Positions 37,001-52,000 of a stretch of 64,000 nt of DNA are shown here, piece by piece; the stretch's first letter is position 1; the number at the start of each line of letters is the position of its first letter. The DNA lies in contig NC_052146.1 of NCBI RefSeq assembly GCF_902713615.1, forward strand, positions 310,264,335 through 310,328,334. The letters run 5' to 3'. The DNA is from Scyliorhinus canicula (taxonomy: Eukaryota). Position numbers and translations under genes: made by a program. Under the pieces are notes generated by a model. The model was not told the origin of the DNA. It was given only the letters and a program-made list of their open reading frames with translations, and did not search any database.

Positions 37001-40000
37001 AGGAAGGGATGGGTGGGGCAGGTTTTCCACTCTGGGTTGGATGTGAAGAACCGGGGAGTGGCGATTCTGGTGGGGAGAAATGTGTAGTTTGAGGCATCGG
37101 AGGTGGTGGCGGATAAGGGGGGTAGGTATGTTATGGTTAGGGGCAGGCTACAAGGAGAGAAGGTGGTACTTGCTAGTGTGTATGCCCCAAATTGGGACGA
37201 TGCGGGCTTTATGAGGCGTATACTGGGACGGGTCCCGGATCTAGAGGCGGAATGTCTGATTATGGGGGGGGACTTCAATACGGTGTTGGATCCTTCACTG
37301 GATCGGTCCAGCTCTAGGACGGGTAGGAGGCCGGCGGCGGCCAAGGTACTGAGAGGGTTTATGGACCAGATGGGAGGGGTGGATCCATGGAGGTTTGTGA
37401 GGCCGAGGGCACGGGAGTACTCTTTCTTCTCCCATGTACATAGGGTTTATTCTCGGATAGACTTCTTCGTGGTGAGTAGGGGACTGATTCCGAGAGTGGA
37501 GGAGGCCGAATATTCGGCTATTGCAATCTCCGACCACGCTCCGCATTTGATAGAGTTGGAGATGGGGGAGGTGCGGGACCAGCACCCGTTGTGGCGGTTG
37601 GATGTGGGGTTATTGGCGGAGGAGGAGGTGTCTAGGAGGGTCCGGGCAAGTATTGAGGGGTACTTCAAGGTGAATGATACGGGGGAGGTTCAGGTGGGGA
37701 TGGTCTGGGAAGCCCTGAAGGCAGTGATTCGTGGGAAGCTGATATCCATCCGGGCACACGGAGAGGAGCGAGATGAGTGAGAGGGATAGACTGGTGGGAA
37801 AGATGCTGGAGGTAGACAGGAGGTACGCAGAGGCACCAGAGGAGGGACTGTTGGGGGAGAGGTGCAACCTACAGGCTAAATTTGACTTGCTGGCCACTCG
37901 AAAGGCGGAGGCACAGTGGAGGAAGGCACAAGGGGCAGTGTACGAACATGGTGAAAAGGCGAGTAGGATGCTGGCTCATCAGCTCCGCAAGCGGGACGCG
38001 GTTAAGGAAATTGCTGGAGTGAGAGACAAGAGTGGGAATGTGGTGCGGAAGGGGGTAGAGGTGAATGAGGTCTTCAAGGACTTTTACGGGGAACTGTACC
38101 GGTCGGAACCAACGGGGGAGAGGAGGGGAATGGAGAGGTTCCTCGACGGGCTTTCTTTCCCGAAGGTGCAGGAGGAGCAGGTGGAGGGGTTGGAGGCGCT
38201 GATTGAGCTGGAGGAGCTAGTAAAGGGGATCGGGCAGATGCAGTCAGGGGAGGCGCCGGGGCCGGATGGGTTCCCAGTGGAATTTAATAAAATGTTTGTG
38301 GACCTAGTGGGCCCCTTGCTGGTGCGGACACTTAATGAAGCGTGGGAAGGGGGGACTTTGCCCTCAACGATGTCGCGGGTGCTGATTTTGTTAATCCTAA
38401 AAAGGGACAAGGAACCCCAGCAGTGTGGTTCATACAGGCCCATATCTCTCCTCAATGTGGACGCCAAAGTGCTGGCAAAAGTCCTGGCCACCAGGATAGA
38501 GGACTGTGTGCCAGGGGTTGTACACGAGGACCAGACAGGGTTTGTGAAGGGAAGGCAGCTGAACACGAATGTGCGGAGATTGTTGAATGTCATCATTATG
38601 CTGGCGATTGAGGGGGAGGCTGAGATAGTGGTGGCGCTGGATGCAGAGAAGGCCTTCGATAGAGTGGAGTGGGGGTACTTATGTTGGGGAGGTTTGGATT
38701 TGGTGAAGGGTTTATTAGATGGGTGAGGCTGCTATATGAGGCCCCGATGGCGTGTGTGGCCACGAATGGGAGGAGGTCGGAGTACTTCCGGCTTCACCGA
38801 GGTACCAGGCAGGGTTGCCCTGTCCCCCTTGTTGTTTACATTGGAACGTTGAGGGACTCAGGGAGGTGGAGAGGTTTGGTGCGAGGTGGGGAGGAACATA
38901 GGGTGTTGTTGTATGCCGATGACCTGTTACTGTATGTGGCGGACCTGGTGGGAGGGATGCCGGGGTTGATGGAGCTGCTAGCTGTGTTTGGGACCTTTTC
39001 AGGCGCGGAAAAGAATGGAGATGGCGTCATGTAGAGGTACGGGCTTGGGTGCTTTGGCAACGGCGCCGTTGCCGCTCTCTCCTAAGAGGTTTACCACGAG
39101 CCCGGTGGTGGCGGCGACCCTAAGAATCTGGGGACAGTGGAGACGGCATAGGGGGGAAACAGGGGGCTCGGTGAAGGCTCCATTGGGTGGAAATCATCGG
39201 TTCATCCCGGGGAACAATGTTGGGGATTTAGGGGGTGGCAAAGGGTGGGCATCAGTAAATTGAGGGACCTGTTTATTGGCGGGAGGTTTGCGGGCCTGGG
39301 GGAACTGGAAGATAAATTTGGGATCCCCCAATTGAACATGTTCAGATACTTGCAGATAAAGGTGTTTGCTCGGCGACAGGTAGAGGGATTCCCTTTGCTG
39401 CCCTCGCCGGGGGGGATGGACAGAGTGCTTTCAGAGGTGTGGGTCGGAGAGGGGAAGGTGTCTGACATTTATAAGGTAATGCAGGAGGTGGAGGAGTCAT
39501 CAGTGGAGGAGCTGAAGGCTAAATGGGAGGAGGAACTTGGGGAGCAGATAGAGGACGGGACTTGGGCGGATGCCTTGGAGAGAGTCAACTCTTCCTCTTC
39601 ATGTGCGAGGCTTAGTCTCATCAAATTTAAGGTGCTGCACCGGGCCCACATGTCCGGGACTAGGATGAGTAGGTTCTTTGGGGGTGAGGACAGGTGCACC
39701 AGGTGTTCGGGGAGTCCAGCGAACCACGCCCATATGTTCTGGGCATGCCCGGCACTGGAAGAATTCTGAAAGGGGGTGACGGGGACGGTGTCGAGGGTGG
39801 TTGGATCCAGGGTCAAACCAGGGTGGGGACTTGCGATTTTTGGAGTTGCGGTGGAGCCGGGAGTGCAGGAGGCGAAAGAGGCCGGTGTCCTGGCCTTTGC
39901 GTCCCTAGTAGCCCGGCGGAGGATCTTGCTACAGTGGAAGGATGCGAGGCTCCCAAGTGTGGAGACCTGGATCAGTGACATGGCGGGATTTATAAAATTG

Positions 40001-43000
40001 GAGAGGGTCAAATTTGCCCTGAGAGGATCAATACAAGGGTTCTATAAACGGTGGCAGCCTTTTCTGGACTTCCTGGCTCAAAGATAGATATCTTGGTCAA
40101 TAACAGCAGCAACCCGGGGGGGGGGGTTCCTTATTGTAGTTTCTAATTTTTTTCTCTACTGTTATGTAATTTAACGTTGTGTTAATTTAAGTTGTTGTTA
40201 ATATGTTGTGTTGCTCATTGAGGAGGGGCGAAGGTTTATGATTGCTATCATTATTGTTATTGTTGGTATTTTATTATGGTTCGATGTTGTGTAAATTCAA
40301 AATTTTTCAATAAAAATAATTTTAAAAAAATAGAGAATGAGGGTAATTCCGGGGAATTGTTTGGTGGGAATTCATTAATTGATGCCCAGGAGGAAGACAC
40401 AGGGTTACACAGTTAGCCCAGTCAGCTCTCACAGAGGTTGAGGCTGAGGGGTTCCAGAATGCTGGGATGTTAGGAATGGAGAACTGATGGGAATGTTGGG
40501 ACATCCTCACAGACCTGCGGATGAGAAATGGTCGTTGGTCATCAGATTGTGGGACCGCCGAAATTGATTGGGAAATATGGTGAGGAGGTCATGAGATTAC
40601 ATTGGTAGGACATGTGGGAATTCGGAAAACTCAGGAATCGGTCAACAGGCATCTCTCCTGATCAGGACTGTATCAGGATGCAGTGAAATTCTGTAGAACC
40701 TGTTCTAACTGCCAGGTAATAGGCAAACCACAAGATGTGACTAAACCACCACCTGGTGGGGCTGGTTTAGCTCACTGGGCTAAATCGCTGGCTTTTAAAG
40801 CAGACCAAGCAGGCCAGCAGCACGGTTCGATTCCCGTACAAGCCTCCCCGGACAGGCGCCAGAATGTGGCGACTAGGGGCTTTTCACAGTAACTTCATTG
40901 AAGCCTACTCGTGACAATAAGCGATTTTCATTTTTCATTTTTCACCTTTAATACCCATATCAGTGTTTGAAGAACCAGTTAGTCAGGTATCGGTAGATTG
41001 TGTAGGACCATTGCCTGAAATGAAGGCAGTTAATCAGTACATTCTTACAGTCATGGGTAGGAGAAACTAATTTCCATAAGTTAGAACTTGAAGAACAATT
41101 ACAATTAATGAAATAGTGGGAACATTGACACAGTTCTTCACACACTGTGGCCTAGCGTCAGAAGCACAATCTGACCAGGGTTCAAACTCTCTGACATTTT
41201 CCGCAGCATAATTCATAGTTTCGGTATCTATTGTGACCACAGAGGAGACCACACAAGAGGCTTAGAGAAACTGGTTATTTATGATTCAACTAACTGTTTA
41301 GACGAGGTGTACAGGTCCCAATCGGGACTTCTCCACCCAGCCCCTAATGGGGCCAAGCTTTTATACACAGCGTCCATTGCTCCGCTGATGGGGCCCCGGC
41401 CCCTCAATGGGGAAGCTCGTACTCAACGCGACTCACAGGGAGAGTAATTTGTCCGACCCCGTAGGCCTCATGTGGGTCAAAACAGTTTCAAACAATTAGA
41501 ATCAACCGTCTATCCTTCACAAACTCAGGAGCTTTGGAGAGATATCACAAATTCTCAAAACCATGATTAGGGCCGATTGCCATGAATATCCAACAAGGGA
41601 TGTTTTACTATTTTCCCCCAGGGATTCTCTGAGCGAATCTACTGGGTTTAGTCCATTTGAATTGGTCAATGGCCATGAAGTACGGGGTCCGTTAGAGTTG
41701 ATGAAAGTGATCATTCGGAAACAGAAAGCTGAATCCTCAATGTTGGATGATGTGTCCATGTTTCGGTAAAGACTCACGGGAGAGTGTCAGGTCACCCGAG
41801 AGCATTGAAAGGTTTCGGGAGAAAGGATGAAAATGTGGACAGACAAACGTGCCAGATCCAGAACATTCCGGCTGGAGATGAGGGACTGGTGTTGTTATCT
41901 TTGCAGGGTGACCCTCTGAAAGTGAAATTCAGCGGCCCCAAAAGGTAGTTAGCGGAGGGTGAGTGAGGGAACTTATCCAATAGATACTCCAGACCGCAGG
42001 AAGAGGGGCCAATTATACCACAGAAATATGTTGAAAAAATACCATCTCAGGGAAGGAGATAACAAGGAACCAATGTGTGAGACGGTCGAAATAGTGGAAG
42101 AGAACAGAGACAGTAAAAGTGAGACAGGGGAGAGAACAGAGATAGAGTGAGGCAGGGGAGAGAACAGAGATGGTAAGAGTGAGGCAGGAGAAGGGACAGA
42201 GATAGTAAGAGTGAGGCAGGGGAAGGGACAGAGATAGTAAGAGTGAGGCAGGGGAAGGGACAGAGATAGTAAGAGTGAGGCAGGGGAAGGGACAGAGATA
42301 GTAAGAGTGAGACAGGGGAAGGGACAGAGATAGTAAGAGTGAGGCAGGGGAAGGGACAGAGATAGTAAGAGTGAGGCAGGGGAAGGGACAGAGATAGTAA
42401 GAGTGAGACAGGGGAAGGGACAGAGATAGTAAGAGTGAGACAGGGGAAGGGACAGAGATAGTAAGAGTGAGGCAGTGGAAGGGACAGAGATAGTAAGAGT
42501 GAGGCAGGGGAAGGGACAGAGATAGTAAGAGTGAGACAGGGGAAGGGACAGAGATAGTAAGAGTGAGGCAGTGGAAGGGACAGAGATAGTAAGAGTGAGG
42601 CAGGGAAGGGACAGAGATAGTAAGAGTGAGGCAGGGAGAGGACAGAGATAGTAAGAGTGAGGCAGGGGAAGGGACAGAGATAGTAAGAGTGAGGCAGGGA
42701 AGAAGACAGAGATGGTAAGAGTGAGACAGGGGAAGGGACAGAAATAGTAAGAGTGAGGCAGGGGAAGAGGACAGAGATAGTAAGAGTGAGGCAGGAGAGA
42801 GAACAGAGATAGTAAGAGTGAGACAGGGGAAGGGACAGAGATAGTAAGAGTGAGACGGGGAAGGGACATAGATAGTAAGAGTGAGGCAGGGGAAGGGACA
42901 TAGATAGTAAGAGTGAGGCAGGGGAAGGGACAGAGATAGTAAGAGTGAGGCAGGGGAAGGGACAGAGATAGTAAGAGTGAGGCAGGGGAGAGAACAGAGA

Positions 43001-46000
43001 TAGAGTGAGGCAGGGGAAGAGGACAGAGATAGTAAGAGTGAGACAGGGGAAGGGACAGAGATAGTAAGAGTGAGATAGGAGGAGAGGTCGACAGTTCACA
43101 CAGCGACCCTCCTGTGGTGTGACTGACAAATACAGTAATACTAGAACAGTTAGAGACTGAGTTTGCAAACTTTGAACAAGAGCAACAAAAAGATATCATG
43201 AGGGTCCTACAGAAGAATAGGAACATTTGTTGGGACACAGTGGGGTGCACGACACTAACTCAACATGATACAGACGTAGGTGACTCCAACCCGATAAAAC
43301 ACCATCCATATCGACTGAACCATCAGAAAGGGGCTCAGGATGAAGCAGAAATCCAACACATGCTGGACAATCATTTCAGTGAGTGAGTAAGAGAAGCTGG
43401 AGTTCGCCGGTCACGTTAGTCCCTCAGCTGGATGGGACAAACCCGTCTGTATAGACAACCGGAAATTCAATGTCATCACCAAAACGGATTTGTATCCCAT
43501 TCCCGGGTTGGAGGCTGGATCGATAGGATAGGCAGTGCCTTGTGCCTTTGGAAAATGGATTTGTAAAAGGGCCATTGGCAGGTTCCTTTAACGCCCAGAG
43601 TTAAAGAGACTTTGTGACTCCAGGGGGATTGTATCAGTGGAAAGTGATGATCAGATTTATAAACACACCAGCTACATTTCAATGACTCAGACTTTAAGCA
43701 GTGGCTCGGGGACCTAACTGTGTGATCTGTTTGCACTGTAGACTCCTCAATGTTTCACTGAGATCATCTCTCATTCTTCCAACGTCCAATGAGTAAAGCT
43801 TGAACCAGTTTGACCTTTGCTCAGAAGACAATCCCTCCATACCGGGATCTTCCTGGTGAATCATCTCTGAACCGCCTCCACTGGAATAAAGGCGCTGGAT
43901 TCTCTGCCTGCTTCATTCCTCTAAGTCATTGCTATATATTGTAAACAGTGTCGGTCCCAGCACTGATCCCTGTGGGACCCACTGGTTACAGGTCACCAAC
44001 CTGAAAAAGATCCCCTTATACCCACTCGCTGTTTCCTGCCCATTAGCCAATTCTCTCTCCATGTCTATATCCCACCTCCAACACCATGGGCCTCTTACCT
44101 TATAACTTAACCTTTTGTGAGTTACCTTGTGACCACCTTCTGGAACTCCAAATAAAAACATCTACAGGTTCCCCTCTATTCACGGATTGAGACTTCCTCA
44201 AAAACCCCCAATAAATGAGTCAGACACGATTTCCCTTTCATGAAGCCACGCTGACTCTGCTGTTTAGATTATTCACTGGAGGCGGTTCAGTGAAGGTTAG
44301 GCTAATTGGCCGATAGTTACCCGCTTATTGCTTCCTGACTTTTTGAGTAGAGGAGTCTCATTGGCAGTTTTCCAACCCTCTGATAATTCTCCGCAATCCA
44401 AAGATTTTTGTAAATTACAACCAATGCATCCGCTATCTCTGTGGCTACTTCTTTTAGGGTCCTGGGACACAAGCCATCACGGCCAAGGGACTGATCTGCC
44501 TTTTCCCCATTAGTTTGTCTATTACTACTTCTCTAACAATGGTGATGGTATTTAATTCCTCCCCCGTATTCTTTAGTATTAATGGGGTGTTTGAAGCATC
44601 TTCCACCATAAAGACTGATGCAAAATATCTGTTTAACTCCTCTGTAATTTCCTTGTTCCCCATAACTATCTCCCCAGATTCATTTTCTGAGGGGCCTACA
44701 CTTTGACCTCTCTCTTCCTTTATATATATTTAAAGAAGCTCTTATTGTCAGTTATTTTATATTTCCCATTAGTTTTCCCTCAGAATTTATTTCCTCTCTC
44801 TTTATTATCTTTTTAATCCTCCTTTTCTAGATTCTGAATTTATGACTCCTTATATGCATTTTCTTTCACCTCAATACTCTCCTTAACTTCCATGGTCAGT
44901 CATAACTGGTTTAATCCTCTCTTCAAATCTTTCCTCCTTACTGTGAGAGTCATGAATTACTGCATTCAATGTCTGGCACTGCTTGTTTACTGTCTTTCCT
45001 GTTAATCTATCCACCCCGTCCACTTTAGCTGACTCTCTCCTCATTTCATTGTAATTCCCTTTATTTAAGTTAAACACACTTGTTTCTGACCCACGTTTCT
45101 CACTCTCAAACTGAATATTAAAATTTATTGTGTTATGATCACTACTTCCTGGGTGAACTTCACTCTGGGATCATTGATTAAACCTGCTGCATTACCCATT
45201 ACCAGATCCAAGAAAGCCTGTTCCCTTATTTGATCCATGACATATTGCTCTCCGAATCTATCCCTAATGTAATCTATGAATTTGTTGCTCCAACTACCCT
45301 TTCCAACTTGATTAAAATGATCAAAGAACAAAGAAAAGCACCACACAGGATCAGGCCCTATGGCCCTCCAAGCCTGTGCCAACCAAGCTGCCCGTCTAAA
45401 CTAAAATCTTCTACACTTCCGGGTACGTATCCCTCTATTCCCATCCTCTTCATGTATTTGTCAAGATGCCCCTGAAACGTCTCTATCGTCCCTGCTTCCA
45501 CCACCTCCTCCGGCAGTGAATTCCAGGCACCCACTACCCTCTGTGTAAAAATCTTGACTCGTACATCTCCTCTAAACCATGCCCCTCGCAGCTTAAACCT
45601 ATGGCCCCTAGTAACTGACCCCTCTACCCTGGGGAAAAGCCTCTGACGATCTGACTATGCCCCTCATAATTTTGTAGACCTCTATCAGGTCACCCCTCAA
45701 CCTCCGTCATTCCAGTCAGAACAAACCATGTTTATTCAAACTCTCCTCATAGCTAATACCCCCATACCAGGCAACATCCTGGTAAATCTCTTCTGCACCC
45801 ACTCTAAAGCCTCCACATCCTTCTGGTAATGTGGCGACCAGAATTGAACACTATACTCCAAGTGTGGCCTAACTAAGTTTCTATAAAGCTGCAACATGAC
45901 TTGCCAATTTTTATGCTCAATGCCCGGTCAATGAAGGCAAGCATGCCATATGCCTTCTTGACTACCTTCTCCACCTGTATTGTCCCTTTCAGTGACCTGT

Positions 46001-49000
46001 GGACCTGTAATCCTCGACCTCTCAGACTGTCAATACTCTTGAGGGTTCTACCATTCACTGTATATTCCCTACCTGTATTAGACCTTCCAAAATGCATTAC
46101 CTCACATTTGTTTGGATTAACCTCCATCTGCCATCTCTCCTCCCAAGTCTCCAAACTATCTAAATCCTGCTGTATCCTCTGACAGTCCTCATCGCTATCC
46201 GCAATTCCACCAACCTTTGTGTCGTCTTTGTGTTACTAATAAGACCAGTTACATTTTCCTCCAAATCAATTATAAATACTACAAACAGCAAAGTTCCTCG
46301 CACTGAATCCTGTGGAACACCAATAGTCACAGCCCTCCAATCAGAAAAGCATCCTTCCATTGCTACTCTCTGCCTTCTATGACCTAGCCAGTTCTGTATC
46401 CATCTTGCCAGCTCAGCTCTGATCCCAGGTGACTTCATTTTTTGTACCAGTCTGCATGTGTGACCTTGTCAAAGGCCTTACTGAAGTCCATACATACAAC
46501 ATCCACTGTCCTACCTGCATCAATCATCTTTGTGACCTCCTCGAAAAACTCTATCAAGTTAGTGAGACACGACCTTCCCTTCACAAAACCATGCTGCCTC
46601 TCGCTAATACGCCCACTTGCTTCCAAATGGGAGTTGATCCTTTGTCGAAGAATTCTCTCCAGTAAGTTCCTTACCACTGACGTAAGGCTCACCAGCCTGT
46701 AGTTCCCTGAAATATCCTTGCTACCCTTCTTAAACAAAGGAACAATATTGGCTATTCTCCAGTCCTCCGAGTCATCACCTGAAGACAGTGAGGATCCAAA
46801 GATTTCTGTCAAGGCCTCAGCAATTTCATCTCTTGCCTCCTTCAGTATTCTGGAGTAGATCCCACCAGGCCCTGGGGACTTATCCACCTTAATATGTTTC
46901 AAGACGCCCAACACCTCGTCTTTTTGGATCTCATTGTGACCCAGGCTATCTACACATCCTTCTCCGATCTCAACATCCACCAATTGCTTCTCTTTGGTGA
47001 ATACTGATGCAAAGTATTCATTTCATACCTCGCCCATTTCCTCTGGTTCCACACATAGATTTCCTCCCCTCTCCTTCAGTGGGCCAACCCTCTCCCTGGC
47101 TACCCTCTTGCTTTTTATGTACGTGTAGAAAGCCTTGGGATTTTCCTTAACCCCATTTGCCGATGACTTTTTGTGACCCCTTTTAGCCCTTGACCTCTCA
47201 GCTCTGCAATTGAGGCCCCAGGGTTTGACCCACAGTCGCTAACTGTCAGGGTTCATTCCCAGAATCTCCAGCTTCCCCCCTTGTTACTTGTTTGTGCTCA
47301 CAGCACCCAGACTGGCTGTCAGTCTGGGTGGGTTTCCTGTGGATTTAGTAATGAATAATGAGACAGGTCTAATTTTTTAAAAATACATTTAGATTTCCCA
47401 ATTATTTTTTCCAATTATGGGGCAATTTAGTGTGGCCAATCCACCTACTCTGCACATTTTTGGGTTGTGGGGCGAAACCCACGCAGACACGGGGAGAATG
47501 TGCAAACTCCACAGGGACAGTGACCCAGAGCCAGGATCGAACCTGGGACCTCAGCGCCGTGAGGCAGCTGTATTAACAACTAGGCCACCGTGCTGCCCCG
47601 AGACAGGTCTAATTAACCATCTGACTGTAAGGGACATTGAGTAAACACTGACCATAACATGGTAAATTTTGATATTAAGTTTGAGACAAATTTCACACAC
47701 AAACAAAGCTTTAAAATTAGGTAAGGCTGCCTTTGATGAAAAGTGGAACGAGGAGAATGTGTTAAACTGGGAAGTTGAAACAAGCTATTGACTCATAAAC
47801 CTACAGAAAAACAGGGGTAAGTGTTGAAATAAACGTCCAGTACAATATAATGCAATAGCTAAAAGTGATAACAAAAATGCACACTTACAAAGTTAAGCAA
47901 TTGTTTCTGTAAAGCTAAAGGAAGAAGCTTCACACTGAGCAAGAAAACAAAATGTGAGAAGTATAAAAAAACAATAGAATAAAAATAATATGATCATCAT
48001 TGTCTGAACCAATATTTATTTCCCGTTTCTCATTGTTCCTCAGAAGGAGGTGGTCAGCTGCTTTCTTGAACCGCTGCAGTCTGTCTGAGGTAGGAACACC
48101 CACAGTGCAGTTAGGAAGGGGATTAGCTGGTAGTGGCCGTGGGTTTGGAAGATGCTGTTGAAGGAGTCTTGGTGAGTTGGTGCAGTGCATCTTGTCGATG
48201 GTGCACACGGCTGCCAGTGTGTGTCGGTGGTGGAGGGAGTGAATATTGAAGGTGGTGGATGGGATGGGTGCCCACCAAGTTTGACCTTCATGGTGTCCAA
48301 CCTCTTGAGTGTTGTTGGAGCTGCACTCACCCAGGCAAGTGGAGAGTATTCCATCACACTCCTGACTTGTGCCTTGTAGATGGTGGAGAGACTTTGGGGA
48401 GTCAGGAGGTGAGTTACTCACCGCAGGATTCCTGTCCCCGACTCTCCATAGTATTTCTATAGTTATATAGCTGACCACCACCTCCCCAATGGCAAAGAGA
48501 TGGACAATTAATATTGGTCTGACAACGATGACCATGTGGCATGAAAGGGAAAAACACTGGTGAAAGGACAAATCAATCATTTTGTTGTACAAAAATGTTT
48601 AGGGAAGAGTGACCATAATTTTTCATAAACTTTGAAAGTGATGTTGTTTAATTTGAAACTAGGGTCTTACATGTTAACAATGGAAACTATGGAGGTATGA
48701 GGGGGAAATTGGCAGTGGTGGATTAGAAAAAAAGCATTAAAAGCTCTGGACACGAGACATGGAAGAGACTGATGAAGACCCCATTATCCATGATCAGAAT
48801 GGCTGCACGAGGTCTCTACAGAACAATGGAATGTCTTTCTGGGCCCCCACACAACTCAAGGTACTTGTAAAAAACTTTCTCAGACTAATTACCATCTCTA
48901 GAAGACAAAGGGACATAATGACTCTCTCATCTCAGGGTCCCTGCCCATAGTAGCCGAGACAGACAAGTACATACCAGTTCCTTGAAGTACACATCAGGGT

Positions 49001-52000
49001 GTTAAAAACCTGTGTGTTGTCATTTTCTCTCTCTCTCTCAGTCTGATTGTCGGTCGGTCTGTGTGTAACGCTGAGGAACAGAAGCTGGAAGCTTACCACA
49101 ATCCCTGGAGGTTATACAGTGACCAGGGCAGGGTCGACAAATGATTGCAGCTGGAAAAAGAACTGAAACTTCTCTATTGAGCTACAGGACAGCTGAACCG
49201 AAGAATCAACTCTTCATCAGTAGAAGACAACCTGACAGAAATCTATTAGTCACGGCTGCAACACAACATCATCGACAACTCATAACTAAAGGACCTCCCT
49301 ATAACTTTGTATTTATATCTGTTTCTAATCCATATGAATGTAGATACATGTGTTCTAACATTTTAGAACACCAGAGTTTTTTTCTGGTTAATGAACTTTA
49401 TCAATCTTAACTGAAGAAACGCTGGTTGAATTGGCTCCTTTTTAAACAGATCTATTGGGTCTGGAAAAGGTGCTGATGGGAAGGGAACCTTGTCAGATTA
49501 AACCTTTGTTGTTCCCAGCAGAGGGTGGGTTGGATAAAGACGTGGAACCAGCCATCCCCCCTCACCCGGGTTTGTGACAATGAGTGGGTATCACAGCCGG
49601 ATGGTGATGAATCGAGGGGTCTCCCCTCGATCAATAACTTTTGGGGAACTCCACCTGCTGGTCATGACAACTCACAAAGCAATTCAAATCCTCATTCAGC
49701 CTGTCCATTATTTCTCTGAGGAACAGATTCAAGTTTATCAGACACCATTCATTCGATATTCCCTTGCCTTTCCTTCGGAACGTGTCTAACAGATAAATGG
49801 GAATAATGATAAAAGGACTCAATGTTAACTGGGCTTTCTCTCCTAATAGATGCTGCCAGACCTGCTGAATATTTCCAGAATTCTCTGTTCTTGTTTCAGA
49901 TTCATCATCTTTGTCTTGCAGGTGAACCTCTGACAAAATATCTGCCCGTCATAAGGCAAGGGCAGCACGGTAGCACAAGTGGCTTGCACAGTGGCTTCAC
50001 AGTGCCAGAGTCCCAGGGTTGATTCCCTGCTGGGTCACTGTGCGGAGTCTGCACGTTCTCCCTGTGTCTGCGTGGGTTTCCTCCGGGTGCTCCGGTTTCC
50101 TTCCACAGTCCAAAGACGTGCAGGTTAGGTGGATTGGCCATTCTAAATTGCCCTTAATGTTCAAAAAAGGTTAGGAGGGCAGAATCCAATGTCAGAATGG
50201 CCTCCTTCTGCACTGTGTGTTCTATGTTCTATGTTAAATCCCTCGTGTGCTTTTCTCGTACAAAATTGACCTTGTTAAATCAGGCAGAAAAGAACTCCCA
50301 ATGAGAATGATGATATATTTTTCCCACCCCCATCTGTACAGGACACTGTGGAGGGTCCACACTCTGCAATCACCCTTGGATCATCACAATATCACAAGGA
50401 CAGTGAGGTTCCACTTTGATGCAGAAAATGGTGCTTCCCCTTTCTGGCCCGGTTTGCACTTCTTGTTGTGAGAAGGCAGGACTGAACTCTGGAAGATTAA
50501 ACAATCACATTCCCGGCAGAGAGCCTTTCCCTTTGAGCGGTAGATTGGGAGATGATGAGGATGTTCCTCACAATATTCTGTCTGTGAAACAGGTATGAAA
50601 TTAAAATCGCTTATTGTCACAAGTCGGCTTCAAATGAAGTTACTGTGAAAAGCCCCTAGTCACCACATTCCGGTGCCTGTTCGGGGAGGCTGGTACGGGA
50701 ATTGAACCGAGTTGCTGGCCTGCTTTCAAAGCCAGCGATTTAGCCCTGTGCTAAACAGCCCCTGAGGCTGGATTCTCCGTTCCTGTGGCTAAATACCGGC
50801 TCAAATGGAAAATGTGCGGCAGGTTCACGTCAAAGAAATCGGCTCGGACCCCTCACCAATTCCGGTACCGGTGAGGGCTGAGTATTGGTGCCGCCTCCCA
50901 TGCCGATAGCGGACGGAGAATGGCCGGGTCCTCGGCCAATCATTAACACGGCAGACGGCCTACAGCGGTCGCTCCGTACAGCATGGAGCCGACGGTGTGC
51001 GGTCCCAACCGGCCATCCGCGACCCCACAGCCCACCCCCTGGCCACAGCCCACCCCCTGGCCACAGCCTGGCCACAGCCCACCCCCTGGCCACCCCACAG
51101 CCCACCCCCTGGCCACAGCCTGGCCACAGCCCACCCCCTGGCCACCCCACAGCCCACCCCCTGGCCACCCCACAGCCCACCCCCTGGCCACAGCCCACCC
51201 CCTGGCCACCCCCTGGCCACCCCCTGGCCACAGCCAACCCCTGGCCAACCCCTGGCCACCCCACAGCCTCTGGCCACCTCCTGGCCACCCCCTGCCCACC
51301 CCCTGGCCACCCCACAGCCCCTGGCCACCTCCTGGTCACCCCCTGCCCACCCCCTGGCCACCCCCTGCCCACCCCCTGGCCACAGCCTAGCCACAGCCTG
51401 GCCACCCCCTGGGCACCCCCTGGCCCCCCCCTGGCCACCCCCTGGCCACCCCCTGGCCACCCCCTGCCCACCCCCTGCCCACCCCCTGGCCACCCCCTGC
51501 CCACCCCCTGCCCACCCCCTGGCCACAGCCCACCCCCTGGCCACCCCCTGGCCACCCCCTGGCCACAGCCCACCCCCTGGCCACCCCCTGGCCACCCCCT
51601 GCCCACCCCCTGCCCACCCCCTGGCCACCCCCTGCCCACCCCCTGCCCACCCCCCACCGGTCCCCCCAGCCCTCGCTGAAGCCCCCCCGTCCAGCGGCAT
51701 GTATCCCGGCCGGGTTTGTCGGTGATGGACACAGTCCGCAGCCGGCACACCAGGTTCACTATTTGAGGGACCAGACGTGTCCCGCGGTGTCAGGAATCTT
51801 CCCATCAGGCAGGGAGCATCGTGTGTGGGCCAGTCGATGGCATTGCGACTGAGCGCGGTGCGAGTCACGGTGACGCCAGTTCGGAGGGGCGGAGCATGGC
51901 TGACCAGCCTCAAACCGGCGCCGCCCCGATTTCAGTGTCAGAGCTCATTCTCCGCCCGATCGCCAAACATGATATCAGCGTCCGGCTGCGGAGAATCCCG

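Noticed and set aside
1-43085. Tandem arrays as possible CRISPR arrays
   Set aside because: No unique spacers, no cas genes, and a vertebrate context.
41973-43250. 425-aa and 373-aa minus-strand ORFs
   Set aside because: Products of the pyrimidine-rich strand of the 32-bp minisatellite.
50830-51913. Many overlapping Pro-rich and Gly-rich ORFs
   Set aside because: C-rich satellite inside a MITE is open in nearly all frames.
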